The notes under the pieces were generated by a model, which saw only the letters and a program-made list of their open reading frames with translations, was not told where the DNA came from and ran no database searches. Position numbers and translations under genes: made by a program. From Pseudomonadota bacterium (lineage in GTDB: Bacteria > Pseudomonadota > Alphaproteobacteria > Rhizobiales > MH13), in NCBI GenBank assembly GCA_038749715.1, contig JBCDHR010000009.1, positions 23,200 through 87,199 of the forward strand: 64,000 bases of DNA, written 5' to 3'. Within the stretch, counting starts at the first letter, position 1. The number at the start of each line of letters is the position of its first letter. Positions 38,886 to 49,307 of this stretch are shown here, piece by piece.

Positions 38886-40384
38886 ATGCCGATAAACACC
38901 CCGTCGCGGCGTTCATCGCCGGCGCCTTCTATGGAAAAGCGACCGTCGGCATTGACGACGCGTTCAACGCCATGGACCCCGCCAAAGAACATCGATGGCG
39001 CGTCCCATATCTCATGATCCTCGAAAGCGCGTTGCAAAGGATCGAGATCAAGGCCCGGCTCTGCATCAAGATGTTCGGTTTCCACGTGCAAGCGCGGCGC
39101 GCGGATCGCGTCTTCCAACCGAGCACCGGAACGCCAACGCAGAAGGACTTGGGCTAAGGCGGATCGAATGCGGTTCGATCCACCGGAGCCGAGGGTTAGC
39201 AGTCCTCCCTTGCGGTCGCCGACAAGGGTCGGTGCCATCATAGAGGCCAGACGCCTGTCTGGCTCCCAGGAACCGGGTCCATTGGCGAGCAGATCATCTT
39301 CGCCCAGCATGTTGTTGAGCATAAAGCCGCAGCCCGGCACCATCGCGCCATTTCCTTCGCCATTGGAGACAGTGATCGCGGCGGTCATACCGTTCTTGTC
39401 GATGACGGACACATGGGTTGTGCCGCGTGATGCGATCTGCGCTGCCTCACCAACCATCATTCGGTCGTCAAAACCCTCCGGCTTGCCCAGTTCCCGCCAT
39501 CGTCGATCCACCGAATCCAGCGCTTTGGCAAAAGCCAGCGGATCATAGGACCCATGGGCATTATAGCGGGCGAGGATGGCCGCAAGGAGACCACCGCCTG
39601 CTGACGGCGGGGGGTTGGTGAAGAGAGTGCGTGCGGTCGATGGCGAAGATGCTGCTCCCGCCGGCTCGGCAAAACTTCTTGTCAAAGGCTCACGCCATTG
39701 CAGCGAATAGGTCCGCAGATCATCGCCGGCGAGGTGACCGCCGGCCGACGCTGACAACATGAGGTGAGCAATCTCTCCCTCGGTTGCCAGCCGCAGACCT
39801 TCTCGTGCCAGAGCATCGAGCGCGTCAGCAAGATCGGGATTGGCCAACGTGTCGCCGGCTTTCAGGAGGGCTCCATCCGGCGCGTGCAAGGCACGAGCAT
39901 CTGTTGTCGCCGTTAAGATCGGCACGACGATCTGTGCAAGGCGTGCCTGAAAGGGCGTCACGGCCACGCCTTCCTTTGCATGTTCAATGGCCCGTTCCGC
40001 CAAGCGGCTCATGGGCAAGGTTCCAAACCGCTCATGCAGGGCGAACAGACCAGGAAGAAAGCCGGGCGTGGCGACCGAGCCCGGACCGATATGGAAAGCC
40101 TGAGTCACGCCGCCAAAATCGGCCTCTATTTTCTCAAGCCCATCATGCCTCTTGCCCGTGGGATTGCGCGGGGTGTGAACAAAGAAATCCAGACATGTAG
40201 GTGCGCCGTCACTGACGAGAGCGAATCCACCGCCGGCCGGCGAGGCCAAAACCGGCTCACACACACAGGCCGTCCAAAGAGCAGCAATCGCGGCGTCCAC
40301 AGCGCCGCCACCTTCAGAGAGTATGTCCGCCCCAGCTTGCGCGGTCAGCGCATGCCCAGCGGCAATGCCTGCCAACCCAGTCAT
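38882..40384 (-). CDS. Gamma-glutamyltransferase family (Ntn hydrolase)
   Basis: GG.AVDAAIA, GTTHVSVID (Thr nucleophile), LNNMLGE, SMMAPT, GSGGSNRI. Confidence 0.88.
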   Translation of the reverse strand: MTGLAGIAAGHALTAQAGADILSEGGGAVDAAIAALWTACVCEPVLASPAGGGFALVSDGAPTCLDFFVHTPRNPTGKRHDGLEKIEADFGGVTQAFHIGPGSVATPGFLPGLFALHERFGTLPMSRLAERAIEHAKEGVAVTPFQARLAQIVVPILTATTDARALHAPDGALLKAGDTLANPDLADALDALAREGLRLATEGEIAHLMLSASAGGHLAGDDLRTYSLQWREPLTRSFAEPAGAASSPSTARTLFTNPPPSAGGGLLAAILARYNAHGSYDPLAFAKALDSVDRRWRELGKPEGFDDRMMVGEAAQIASRGTTHVSVIDKNGMTAAITVSNGEGNGAMVPGCGFMLNNMLGEDDLLANGPGSWEPDRRLASMMAPTLVGDRKGGLLTLGSGGSNRIRSALAQVLLRWRSGARLEDAIRAPRLHVETEHLDAEPGLDLDPLQRAFEDHEIWDAPSMFFGGVHGVERVVNADGRFSIEGAGDERRDGVFIGI

Positions 40385-40401
40385 AGACCGAGTGTATCGG
40401 C

Positions 40402-42015
40402 CTATTCGGCAGCTTCCTGCAAGACCGGTGCGGCATTCTTCACGGCTTCAGCGACGTGCGGGACAAAAACGGCAAAGTTGTCGGCGAACATGCCAGCAAG
40501 CTTGATCGCCTGGGCATCGTATGCCGCCTTGTCCGACCAGGTATCGCGAGGACGCAGCAACGATGGGTCGACACCAGGAACGGCCGTGGGAACCTGGAGC
40601 CCGAAATGGCTATCAGGCTCGAAGGTCGCATCCTTCAGGTCGCCGCTAAGCGCCGCGTGGAGAAGAGCGCGCGTGTCCTTGATCGGCATGCGACGGCCGG
40701 TGCCATAGGCTCCCCCCGTCCAACCGGTATTGACGAGCCAGCAATCCACCTCGTGTTCGGAGATAAGCCTACGCAACAGATCGCCATAGACATGCGGATG
40801 CCGAGGCATGAAAGGAGCGCCGAAGCAGGTGGAGAAGGTTGCCTCAGGCTCGGTGACGCCGATCTCGGTCCCAGCCACCTTGGCCGTGTACCCGGAAAGA
40901 AAATGGTACATCGCCTGTTCAGGTGTCATCTTGGCAAGCGGCGGAAGCACACCGAACGCATCGGCGGTTAACATGATGATGTTGGTCGGCTGGCCGGCGC
41001 GGCCGGAAGGAACGGCATTGGGAATGGCATCGATGGGATAGGCCGCCCGGGTGTTCTGCGTGCGCGACCCATCGTCAAAATCCGGCTCGTGGGTGTCGTC
41101 ATCAAGCACGACGTTTTCCAGAACCGTGCCGAAGCGCTTGGTCGCGTGATAGATTTCCGGCTCTGCCTCTTCGGACAGACTGATGGTCTTGGCGTAGCAG
41201 CCGCCCTCGAAATTGAAGACGCCTTCGGTGCCCCAGCCATGCTCATCGTCGCCGATGAGGTGGCGTTCGGGATCGGCTGATAACGTCGTCTTTCCTGTGC
41301 CCGAGAGGCCAAAGAAGACCGCAACACGGCCCTCATCATCCACGTTGGCCGAGCAATGCATCGGCATGACGCCTTCGGCCGGCAGCAGGAAGTTGAGCAT
41401 GGAGAAGACGGACTTCTTCATCTCTCCGCCATAATGCGTACCACCGATGAGCACGATCTTGCGCGTGAAATCGCAGGCGATCACCGTTTCGGAACGGCAG
41501 CCATGGCGCTCCGGATCAGCCTTGAACGAAGGCAGATCGATAATCGTCATATCAGGCACAAAGCTTTGCAACGCCTCGCGCTCCGGTCGAAGCAGCATGG
41601 TGCGGATGAAGAGCGAATGCCAGGCTTTCTCGGTGATCACACGAACGGGGAGTTGGTAGCGCGGGTCGGCGCCGCCCTGAAGGTCCTGAACGAACAGGTC
41701 CATGCCCTTTGCATGCTCCAGAAAGTCAGCATACAGCCGATTGAACGCATCAGGCTCCATCGGCTTGTTGCCGTCCCACCAGATGGTGTCATAGGTGGTC
41801 GCATCGCGAACGATGAACTTGTCCTTCGGCGACCGGCCGGTATGTTTGCCGGTATCAGCCTTCAAGGCACCATGGGCGGTCAGAACAGCTTCTTTCCGGT
41901 ATACCGCTTCTTGATAGAGATGAGCGGGCGTTAGGTTCCACCACACAGTACCAAGATCGGTGAGGCCGGCGGTTTCGAGCCCCTTCTTGGTGTTCCAAAT
42001 GCCATGCTGTGCCAC
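40402..42015 (-). CDS. pckA: Phosphoenolpyruvate carboxykinase (ATP)
   Basis: [47 protein letters not shown]; GTG start. Confidence 0.97.
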   Translation of the reverse strand: MAQHGIWNTKKGLETAGLTDLGTVWWNLTPAHLYQEAVYRKEAVLTAHGALKADTGKHTGRSPKDKFIVRDATTYDTIWWDGNKPMEPDAFNRLYADFLEHAKGMDLFVQDLQGGADPRYQLPVRVITEKAWHSLFIRTMLLRPEREALQSFVPDMTIIDLPSFKADPERHGCRSETVIACDFTRKIVLIGGTHYGGEMKKSVFSMLNFLLPAEGVMPMHCSANVDDEGRVAVFFGLSGTGKTTLSADPERHLIGDDEHGWGTEGVFNFEGGCYAKTISLSEEAEPEIYHATKRFGTVLENVVLDDDTHEPDFDDGSRTQNTRAAYPIDAIPNAVPSGRAGQPTNIIMLTADAFGVLPPLAKMTPEQAMYHFLSGYTAKVAGTEIGVTEPEATFSTCFGAPFMPRHPHVYGDLLRRLISEHEVDCWLVNTGWTGGAYGTGRRMPIKDTRALLHAALSGDLKDATFEPDSHFGLQVPTAVPGVDPSLLRPRDTWSDKAAYDAQAIKLAGMFADNFAVFVPHVAEAVKNAAPVLQEAAE

Positions 42016-42509
42016 GGTGGCGTTCCTCGTTTCATTCTTTTTGCTCGGCTGCTCGCCTTAGGGTGGCGGAGGGCTTAGGGGCAGACGCCACCATGGACAA
42101 GGTTCCATTGAATGGAATTGACAATCCTCATGACAGGCCGGCGACAAAAGCGTTTTCGATGCCCTATCCTTAGGCAGACGACGGATTTGGGCATCTGAAA
42201 TGCTAGTCAGGGTAGGCAGATAAGTGGCCCGCGTTACATGCTGTTGGCTGATGTGAGAGCCTTCAAAAGCGGTTGCCTTATTTTGTTCGCAATCGGGACC
42301 TTTTCCGGCTGGTGGGGGCGTATTGGCGTGCGCGGAAAAACTCTTAAGGGCGGCTTCTTCCGGTTGTCAGACAATCAGATGCCATCGCCATCAGACGGCG
42401 CAGGGCAGACCAGCCCCCGCCTTCCGTGTTACACCAAACGCAAGAAAGGTTTGAAACCTTGCACAATGATCGCTATGCGACGGCCCGCCTGTCCGCAAAA
42501 GGAGCCGTG

Positions 42510-43244
42510 ATGCCGACGATTGCGTTGGTTGATGATGACCGCAACATTCTGACCTCTGTCGCGCTTGCGCTGGAGGCAGAGGGCTATCGCGTTGAAACTT
42601 ACACCGATGGCGCATCCGCCCTTGATGGCATGCAGATGGCACCGCCGGATCTTGCCATTTTCGACATCAAGATGCCGCGCATGGACGGCATGGAGCTGCT
42701 GCGCCGGTACCGCCAAGTGTCCGAAGTCCCGGTTATCTTCCTGACCTCAAAGGATGATGAGATCGACGAGTTGTTCGGCCTGAAAATGGGGGCCGACGAC
42801 TTCATCAAGAAGCCCTTCTCTCAGCGCGTCCTTGTGGAGCGCGTGCGTGCGCTTTTGCGCCGTGTGACCACCAAGGCAGGCAGCAATGGCGCAGTTGCGC
42901 CGGTTCCTGTTGAAGGTGGCGAGGCAGTTGGTGAGACCGGTCAGGTTCTCAAACGCGGCGACCTGGTGATGGATGAGGATCGTCACGCCTGTACTTGGCA
43001 GGACAAGCCGGTGACGCTCACCGTCACCGAATTCCTGATCCTGCAATCGTTGGCGCAGCGCCCTGGCATCGTAAAGAGCCGCAACGCGCTTATGGATGCA
43101 GCCTATGACGATCAGGTCTATGTCGACGACCGTACCATCGACAGCCACATCAAACGGCTGCGCAAGAAGTTCAAGCAGGTCGATACAAGCTTTGACATGA
43201 TCGAAACGCTGTACGGGGTCGGTTACAAGTTCAAGGAGGTCTAG
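42510..43244 (+). CDS. chvI: Response regulator ChvI
   Basis: [45 protein letters not shown]; AGGAG SD; divergent from pckA. Confidence 0.95.
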   Translation: MPTIALVDDDRNILTSVALALEAEGYRVETYTDGASALDGMQMAPPDLAIFDIKMPRMDGMELLRRYRQVSEVPVIFLTSKDDEIDELFGLKMGADDFIKKPFSQRVLVERVRALLRRVTTKAGSNGAVAPVPVEGGEAVGETGQVLKRGDLVMDEDRHACTWQDKPVTLTVTEFLILQSLAQRPGIVKSRNALMDAAYDDQVYVDDRTIDSHIKRLRKKFKQVDTSFDMIETLYGVGYKFKEV

Positions 43245-43251
43245 GCACTCG

Positions 43252-45069
43252 GTGGTCGATCAGACGGGTGACGATGTTTCCGGCCTGACCGGCCCTGCGC
43301 GCGAGGACGATGCCGACCGCGAGGGCAAGGAAACCGTGCGCCAAAGCGCGCCGGTTCGGCGTTGGCGTTTCACCATGTTCTCCTCGCTCACGCGGCGGAT
43401 ACTGGTGCTTAACCTGGTTGGCCTTGTCGCACTGGTCACAGGCATTCTCTACCTCAATCAGTTCCGCGAAGGCCTGATCGACGCACGTGTCCAAAGCCTT
43501 CTTGTTCAGGGCGAGATAATCGCTGGCGCCATCGTCGCGTCCGCCAGCGTTGAGGATGGAAACACCATCGTCATCGATCCTGAACGGCTCTTGGAGCTTC
43601 AGGCCGGCGAAAGTCTTTCTATCTTCGAAGACACGCTTTCGAGCCTGGAATTTCCGATCAATCCAGAACGGGTGGCGCCGATCCTGAGGCGACTGATCAC
43701 CCCGACTGGCACACGCGCACGCATTTACGACCCCGAAGGCGGCTTGGTAATCGACAGCCAGGCGCTCTATGCGCGCGGCGCTATCTTAAGGTTCGATCTT
43801 CCAGGGACGGATGAAGCCGATCTGCCTTTCTGGGAAGAGTGGTGGCAACAGAGCCTTCTTTATCTGCGCCGTTTCGATATGCCGCCCTATGAAGAGATTG
43901 GCGGCTCAAACGGTCTGGTTTTGCCGGAAGTCCGCTCGGCGATGGCCGGCGAGGCCGCGAGCCTCGTCCGCGTCAATGAACGCGGCGAGATGGTGGTCTC
44001 CGTTGCCATTCCCATTCAGCGCTTCCGCGCCACGCTGGGCGCACTTCTTCTGTCCACGCAGGGCGGCGACATCGACGCCATCATCTTCAACGAACGTCTT
44101 TCGATCCTGAGGGTGTTTCTCGTCGCCTCGGCTGTGATGGTCGTCCTGTCATTGTTGCTTGCCAGCACGATTGCCGGTCCGGTTCGCAAACTGTCCGACG
44201 CTGCCGACCGGGTTCGCCATTCGGTAAAGGCACGCGAAACACTGCCAAGCTTTGAGGGACGGCGAGATGAGATTGGCCATCTGGCCACTACACTGCGTGG
44301 CATGACCGACGCGCTCTATCACCGTATGGATGCCATTGAGAGCTTCGCGGCCGATGTCAGCCATGAACTTAAAAACCCCCTAACCTCTTTGCGCAGCGCG
44401 GTCGAAACACTGCCGCGCGTGAAGACCGATGAAAGCCGCCAGCGTCTGCTTGATGTCATCGAACACGATGTACGGCGTCTGGACCGCCTGATTTCGGATA
44501 TATCTGACGCCTCGCGCCTTGATGCGGAGCTTGCTCGCGAAGACAGCGCGCCAGTTGACCTCAAGCCCCTGATGGAGGCGGTTGTCAGTATGGAGCGGGA
44601 ACTCGTCGGCAAACGCGGCATTGCGATCAAACTTGCCTTCATCCAGTCAGGCGGTGCATCCGCTGATTCTGCAAAGCTCGGCAAAAGCGCCTTCATGATC
44701 GAAGGTCATGAGTCGCGCATCGGCCAAGTCTTTACCAATCTCATCGACAATGCCCGCTCTTTTGCGGCAGACGGCAGCACGATCCATGTTCGAGTTCGCC
44801 GCAATGGCGATGAGCTGGTCGTAACTGTCGAGGATGAAGGTCCAGGCATGCGCGAGGATGTGCTCGAGCGCGTCTTCGAGCGGTTCTATACAGACCGCGC
44901 CGACCATGAGGACTATGGCAACAATTCCGGCCTTGGTCTGTCAATCTCGCGACAAATCGTTGAAGTTCACGGCGGCACCATCGAAGCGGCAAACCGCTAC
45001 GATAGCCAGAGCGACGCGCCGACAGGCGCCCGGTTTACCGTTGAGCTTCCCGCCTTGCCAGCTCGCTGA
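43252..45069 (+). CDS. chvG: Sensor histidine kinase ChvG/ExoS
   Basis: SSLTRRILVLN, FPINPE, HAMP, DVSHELKNPLTS, FERFYTDR, SGLGLSIS. Confidence 0.95.
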   Translation: MVDQTGDDVSGLTGPAREDDADREGKETVRQSAPVRRWRFTMFSSLTRRILVLNLVGLVALVTGILYLNQFREGLIDARVQSLLVQGEIIAGAIVASASVEDGNTIVIDPERLLELQAGESLSIFEDTLSSLEFPINPERVAPILRRLITPTGTRARIYDPEGGLVIDSQALYARGAILRFDLPGTDEADLPFWEEWWQQSLLYLRRFDMPPYEEIGGSNGLVLPEVRSAMAGEAASLVRVNERGEMVVSVAIPIQRFRATLGALLLSTQGGDIDAIIFNERLSILRVFLVASAVMVVLSLLLASTIAGPVRKLSDAADRVRHSVKARETLPSFEGRRDEIGHLATTLRGMTDALYHRMDAIESFAADVSHELKNPLTSLRSAVETLPRVKTDESRQRLLDVIEHDVRRLDRLISDISDASRLDAELAREDSAPVDLKPLMEAVVSMERELVGKRGIAIKLAFIQSGGASADSAKLGKSAFMIEGHESRIGQVFTNLIDNARSFAADGSTIHVRVRRNGDELVVTVEDEGPGMREDVLERVFERFYTDRADHEDYGNNSGLGLSISRQIVEVHGGTIEAANRYDSQSDAPTGARFTVELPALPAR

Positions 45070-45593
45070 TGGCTGATCGCCCATCAGTTGACCCGGATCA
45101 GCCCACTGATCAGCCCACGATCCATGGGACGGCCATTCGCTTGGACGGCCAAGGCGTTCTGATTCGCGGCGCTTCGGGATCCGGCAAATCGCGTCTTGCC
45201 CTCGCCCTGCTCGCCGAGGCTGGATGCTGGCCGATCCAAAGGTCAGAGAGCCCCACCGCGCAGAAACCAAGCAATGACGCGCCGTCGGTTCTGATTGGTG
45301 ATGATCGGCTGATTGTGGAAAGCCAGGAAGGCCAGTTGATGGCGCGGCCGCCAGCGACCCTTGCAGGTCTCATCGAAGTGCGCGGTATCGGACTGCTTGC
45401 AATGCCCTGGTGCGAGACGGCGAAACTCGACCTGGTGGTTGATCTAAAGCCACTTGAAGACTGTGAACGACTGCCAGACCCTCGTCGGACTGGGGTCGGC
45501 GATCAAGAGCTTCCAGCCATAACCGTGCCGGTCGGCGATCTTGCACACCAAACGCTCATGGTGGGCGTCGCCAGGCGGCTTTTGGGCACGTGA
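45069..45593 (+). CDS. hprK: HPr kinase/phosphorylase (short alphaproteobacterial form)
   Basis: IHGT, GVLIRGASGSGKS, GDDR, LIEVRGIG. Confidence 0.88.
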   Translation: MADRPSVDPDQPTDQPTIHGTAIRLDGQGVLIRGASGSGKSRLALALLAEAGCWPIQRSESPTAQKPSNDAPSVLIGDDRLIVESQEGQLMARPPATLAGLIEVRGIGLLAMPWCETAKLDLVVDLKPLEDCERLPDPRRTGVGDQELPAITVPVGDLAHQTLMVGVARRLLGT

Positions 45594-45715
45594 TGAGGCC
45601 GATAAGCGGTCGTCAACAAGGGCAGCCATTAGGCCCTCTTGCCATAGCCGGCAAAGGGGTAAAGGATGCCGGCTCCTTGAAGGTGCTGACCTGCCTTGCC
45701 ATTTCATAGGACCTC

Positions 45716-46114
45716 ATGATCGGTCTTCTTCTCGTTACCCACGGCAATCTCGCGCTGGAGTTCAAAGCCGCGCTGGAGCACGTTGTTGGCCCGCAATCTC
45801 AGCTCGAAACCATCTGCATCGGCCCAGACGATGATATGGAGGAACGCCGCCTCGACATTGTGGCGGCTGCCCAGCGTGCCGACGAAGGCGAAGGTGTCAT
45901 CGTTCTGACCGATATGTTCGGCGGAACACCGTCCAATCTTGCGATCTCCATTATGGATGACGCCAAGGTCGAGGTGCTGGCTGGCGTAAACCTGCCAATG
46001 CTGGTGAAGCTGACGTCCATTCGCGGCGACATGGCGTTGGCCGATGCGGTCGCCCATGCTTCTGAAGCAGGGCGCAAATACATCTCCGTCGCCAGCCAGA
46101 TTCTGGACGGTTAG
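45716..46114 (+). CDS. manX: PTS EIIA mannose/fructose-type
   Basis: MIGLLLVTHG, LTDMFGGTPSN, GVNLPML. Confidence 0.9.
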   Translation: MIGLLLVTHGNLALEFKAALEHVVGPQSQLETICIGPDDDMEERRLDIVAAAQRADEGEGVIVLTDMFGGTPSNLAISIMDDAKVEVLAGVNLPMLVKLTSIRGDMALADAVAHASEAGRKYISVASQILDG

Positions 46115-46119
46115 GCACC

Positions 46120-46392
46120 ATGACCGCTAGCCGGAATGTCACCATTCGCAACAAACGCGGCTTGCATGCCCGTGCGTCGGCCAAGTTCGTGCAACTTGCC
46201 GAGCGCTATGATGCCGATATCTCGGTTACCAAGGGCGAGCAGACCGTCGGCGGCACGTCGATCATGGGCCTGATGATGCTGGCAGCAGCGCCGGGCTGCA
46301 TTATCGAAGTGGGAGCACAAGGGCCACAGGCCGATGAGGCGCTCGAAGCGGTATGTGCGCTCGTTGACGACGGGTTCGGCGAAGACGACTAA
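46120..46392 (+). CDS. ptsH: Phosphocarrier HPr/NPr
   Basis: NKRGLHARAS, SIMGLMML. Confidence 0.92.
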   Translation: MTASRNVTIRNKRGLHARASAKFVQLAERYDADISVTKGEQTVGGTSIMGLMMLAAAPGCIIEVGAQGPQADEALEAVCALVDDGFGEDD

Positions 46393-46398
46393 GCGCTT

Positions 46399-47361
46399 TT
46401 AAGCCCGCGCGAACAGATGGGCGGCCACGGCCATGTCTTCTGCCGCCGTTCCAACCGATTTGAACAGCGTAATCTGGTCGTAAAAGCGTCGGCCGGCCCG
46501 CTCGCCGCGGCAAAGATCGAAAAGATCGCCGGCAACGTCCTCGGGGGAAAACCGACCTTCCTGGATCGGGATCGCCAGATCGCCGCCCTCCGACAGAGCC
46601 CCCTCCCGCGTGTCGCAGAAGATGCGCGCCTTTTCCACCGCATGGCTGTCCACTTCCCGCATGGTCGGGCGGAACGCGCCAACACAATCCACATGCTGGC
46701 CCGGCACAAGCCACTGCCCGGCTATCAGAGGCTTTTCGCTCATCGTCGCCGCCGAGACAATTTCGGCGCCGCGTACCGCGCCTTCCAGATCATCGGTAAC
46801 GGAGACTCGGACGTTGAGATCGGACAAGCGGCTCACCAACTTGTCCGCGCGTTCACGCGAACGGTTCCAGATCAACACGTGATCGATGGGGCGCACGGCG
46901 CAATGGGCGCGGATGAGGTAGGGGGCAAGGGCGCCGGCGCCGACCATCAAAAGCCGATGCGCATCTGGTCGGGAAAGATAGCTCGAAGCGAGCGCCGACG
47001 CGGCAGCCGTTCGCCACAAGGTCAAAGCCTGGCCATCCAGCAACGCTAAGGGCAGCCCGCTCTCGCCCGACAGGAGCAGATAAGCCCCCACAACGCTTGG
47101 AAGGTTGCGCAGCTTGTTGTCCGGCACCACAGAGACGATCTTGACCCCGGCATAGCCGCGCTGCGATGTGCCCTGCGCCGCGAAGTCCGTCCAGGCTGGC
47201 ATCAAGAGCAGGGTCGTATCGGGTTGGCCATCGGGCCGTTCAATGGTGTGATGGTGCCGCAAGGGAGCGACCGGCGGATTACGGAAGGCGACACGCAGCG
47301 TTTCGACAAGATCGCGGAAATCAGCAACTTCGGCGATGTCAGCGGCTGTGATGATCCGCAT
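46399..47361 (-). CDS. Ornithine cyclodeaminase / mu-crystallin family protein
   Basis: LLMPAW, GVKIV, LTLWRTAAAS, VGAGALA, FKSVG.A.ED. Confidence 0.9.
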   Translation of the reverse strand: MRIITAADIAEVADFRDLVETLRVAFRNPPVAPLRHHHTIERPDGQPDTTLLLMPAWTDFAAQGTSQRGYAGVKIVSVVPDNKLRNLPSVVGAYLLLSGESGLPLALLDGQALTLWRTAAASALASSYLSRPDAHRLLMVGAGALAPYLIRAHCAVRPIDHVLIWNRSRERADKLVSRLSDLNVRVSVTDDLEGAVRGAEIVSAATMSEKPLIAGQWLVPGQHVDCVGAFRPTMREVDSHAVEKARIFCDTREGALSEGGDLAIPIQEGRFSPEDVAGDLFDLCRGERAGRRFYDQITLFKSVGTAAEDMAVAAHLFARA

Positions 47362-47441
47362 AGCCAGCCCTCTTGGAAGCCTTCGTGAAAGCTATCGTGG
47401 CAACCCCGTTGGCGGCGGTGTCGGATTACCGCGCGATTTGC

Positions 47442-47804
47442 CTAACGCAGCGATGCCGGGCTGGGCAGGGCCCGTGTGCCGGACAGCTTGTTGAGCTGTT
47501 CTTTCTGAACGTCACGCTCACGCGCCAAGCGCCGTGCTTCGGCCTGCTTCTCGCGCGCTTGCTTGCGATGAGCACCCTGACTGAACCACATGGCAAGACC
47601 ACCCACCACAACACCGATGATCAACGCGATGAACAAAGCGAGGAACAAGGGAACCGAGATCGCATAGAGCGGCGCTTCGGTCGCAACAGGATCAAACGAG
47701 ATTTCGACCAGTTGACGGTTGGCAACCGCAAAGGCGATGAGAATGACCGCCAGAGGCAACGTGAACAAAAGCGTCCACAAGCGCTTTGCAACCTTTGACA
47801 GCAT
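47442..47804 (-). CDS. LapA-family (LPS assembly A / DUF1049) membrane protein
   Basis: FAVANRQ.V.ISFDP, two TM helices, coiled C-terminus; usual position after ihfB. Confidence 0.8.
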   Translation of the reverse strand: MLSKVAKRLWTLLFTLPLAVILIAFAVANRQLVEISFDPVATEAPLYAISVPLFLALFIALIIGVVVGGLAMWFSQGAHRKQAREKQAEARRLARERDVQKEQLNKLSGTRALPSPASLR

Positions 47805-48097
47805 CAAGCCTCGCCGGCTCCAGGATTCAGCCGCTCGCGCATTTCCTTGCCGGTCTTGAAGAACGGCACAGACTTGGCTTCCACGTCCACTTGCTCGCCG
47901 GTGCGGGGATTGCGCCCCGTCCTGGCCGGACGGTGCTTGACGGAGAAGGCACCAAAACCGCGAAGCTCGACACGGTCACCCCGCGCCAAGGCGTCGGTGA
48001 CGGTATCCAATATCGCTGCGACAACGTTTTCGATATCACGCTGATACAGATGCGGATTGCGTTCGGTGATCCGCTGAATAAGCTCGGACTTGATCAC
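47804..48097 (-). CDS. ihfB: Integration host factor beta subunit
   Basis: [38 protein letters not shown]. Confidence 0.96.
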   Translation of the reverse strand: MIKSELIQRITERNPHLYQRDIENVVAAILDTVTDALARGDRVELRGFGAFSVKHRPARTGRNPRTGEQVDVEAKSVPFFKTGKEMRERLNPGAGEA

Positions 48098-48149
48098 AAC
48101 GGCTCCTCGAACCCCCTGCCTTGTCTGGGTTTTTGCTGAAATTCAGTGA

Positions 48150-49133
48150 TTAGCGACCGTGCCAAAGTGACACAAGGCCGTCAAGCAACATTGCATCGCG
48201 CAGTGCGTCGCGCATGCCTTCTCCACTCACCTGCACAGTGGCGCCATCGCCGCCAAGCCCGATCCGGGCCATGACCGACTGGGCAACCGAGCGTGTGCCG
48301 AGTGGAAGCGATTGATCGGGCGCGCGGTCAAGAACCTCAATGTCTTCATCTAGCCCGTGCGTTTCCGACAGATAGTCCAACGCGACCTCTTCGCCGCCGA
48401 GCGCATCGACCAAACCGACGTCGATGCCGCGCCGACCGCTGAACACGGTTCCCTCAAATCCACGAATAACCGCGCCATCAAGGCCGCGCTGCGCTTCGAT
48501 CTGGTCAACGAACCAGGTGAAGTTGTCTTCGATCAGCCCTTGTAGTTCGGCTAGGGCATCCTCACTCGGCGGCGAGAAGATGGAAGGTTGAGCTTTCAAC
48601 TCGCCCGAACGAACCTCGTACATCGTCACCCCAACGGTATCGAGCAGTTCGCTGACATCGGGAAACTGCGCCATCACGCCGATTGAGCCAACCACAGAAC
48701 CGTTGCGGGCAACGATATGCTCGCCGGCGCTGGCTGCCAGATAGGCTGCCGACGTGCCCACACCATTCACCACCGATACCAGTGGCTTGGCCTCTCCAAG
48801 CTCGACAAGGGCTGTGTAAAGCATCTCGCCGGCCACCGAGAGGCCGCCGGGTGAATTGACGCGTAGGATGACAGCCCGAACGTTCTCGTCCTTGCCAAGG
48901 GCTTCCAACAGGTCGATCAGCGGTTCGTCAAAATCAATGAACCCTTCAAGATCCACACGGGCGACATGCTCGCCCGGGCTGGTCAGCCGTTCATCTAGCC
49001 CGGTCAAAAGCGCGATACCGCCAGCCAGGCCTAAAACCAACAAAACAATGGCAGCCACACGCCAGAAGCTGCGCGATCGGCGTAATCGGCGGCGCTCAAT
49101 CAGCGTATCGGCTGTTAGTCCTTCCATGCTCAT
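48150..49133 (-). CDS. sppA: Signal peptide peptidase SppA (S49)
   Basis: VNSPGG, SAAY, VGSIGV, GELK, GLVDALGG; position between rpsA and ihfB. Confidence 0.9.
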   Translation of the reverse strand: MSMEGLTADTLIERRRLRRSRSFWRVAAIVLLVLGLAGGIALLTGLDERLTSPGEHVARVDLEGFIDFDEPLIDLLEALGKDENVRAVILRVNSPGGLSVAGEMLYTALVELGEAKPLVSVVNGVGTSAAYLAASAGEHIVARNGSVVGSIGVMAQFPDVSELLDTVGVTMYEVRSGELKAQPSIFSPPSEDALAELQGLIEDNFTWFVDQIEAQRGLDGAVIRGFEGTVFSGRRGIDVGLVDALGGEEVALDYLSETHGLDEDIEVLDRAPDQSLPLGTRSVAQSVMARIGLGGDGATVQVSGEGMRDALRDAMLLDGLVSLWHGR

Positions 49134-49224
49134 CGCAGTGGCCTTTGTTGGGTGATTTCACGGCAGGGCTAACAGGTCAGCTGGGCCACAACAAGGTCGG
49201 TTTTGACCGCATGGCAACTACCCA

Positions 49225-49265
49225 AAACAAAACCGCCGGACAGCTAGGAAAGCGGCCCGGCGGTT
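49225..49265 (-). terminator. Intrinsic terminator after rpsA
   Basis: Minus strand aaccgccgg...ccggcggttttgtttt. Confidence 0.65.
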
Positions 49266-49307
49266 GATGGTGTGAGCGACGAGAAAACGTCGTCTGGCTA
49301 GACGGGC

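Noticed and set aside
40402-46392. pckA-chvIG-hprK-manX-npr cluster
   Set aside because: Well-known conserved alphaproteobacterial arrangement.
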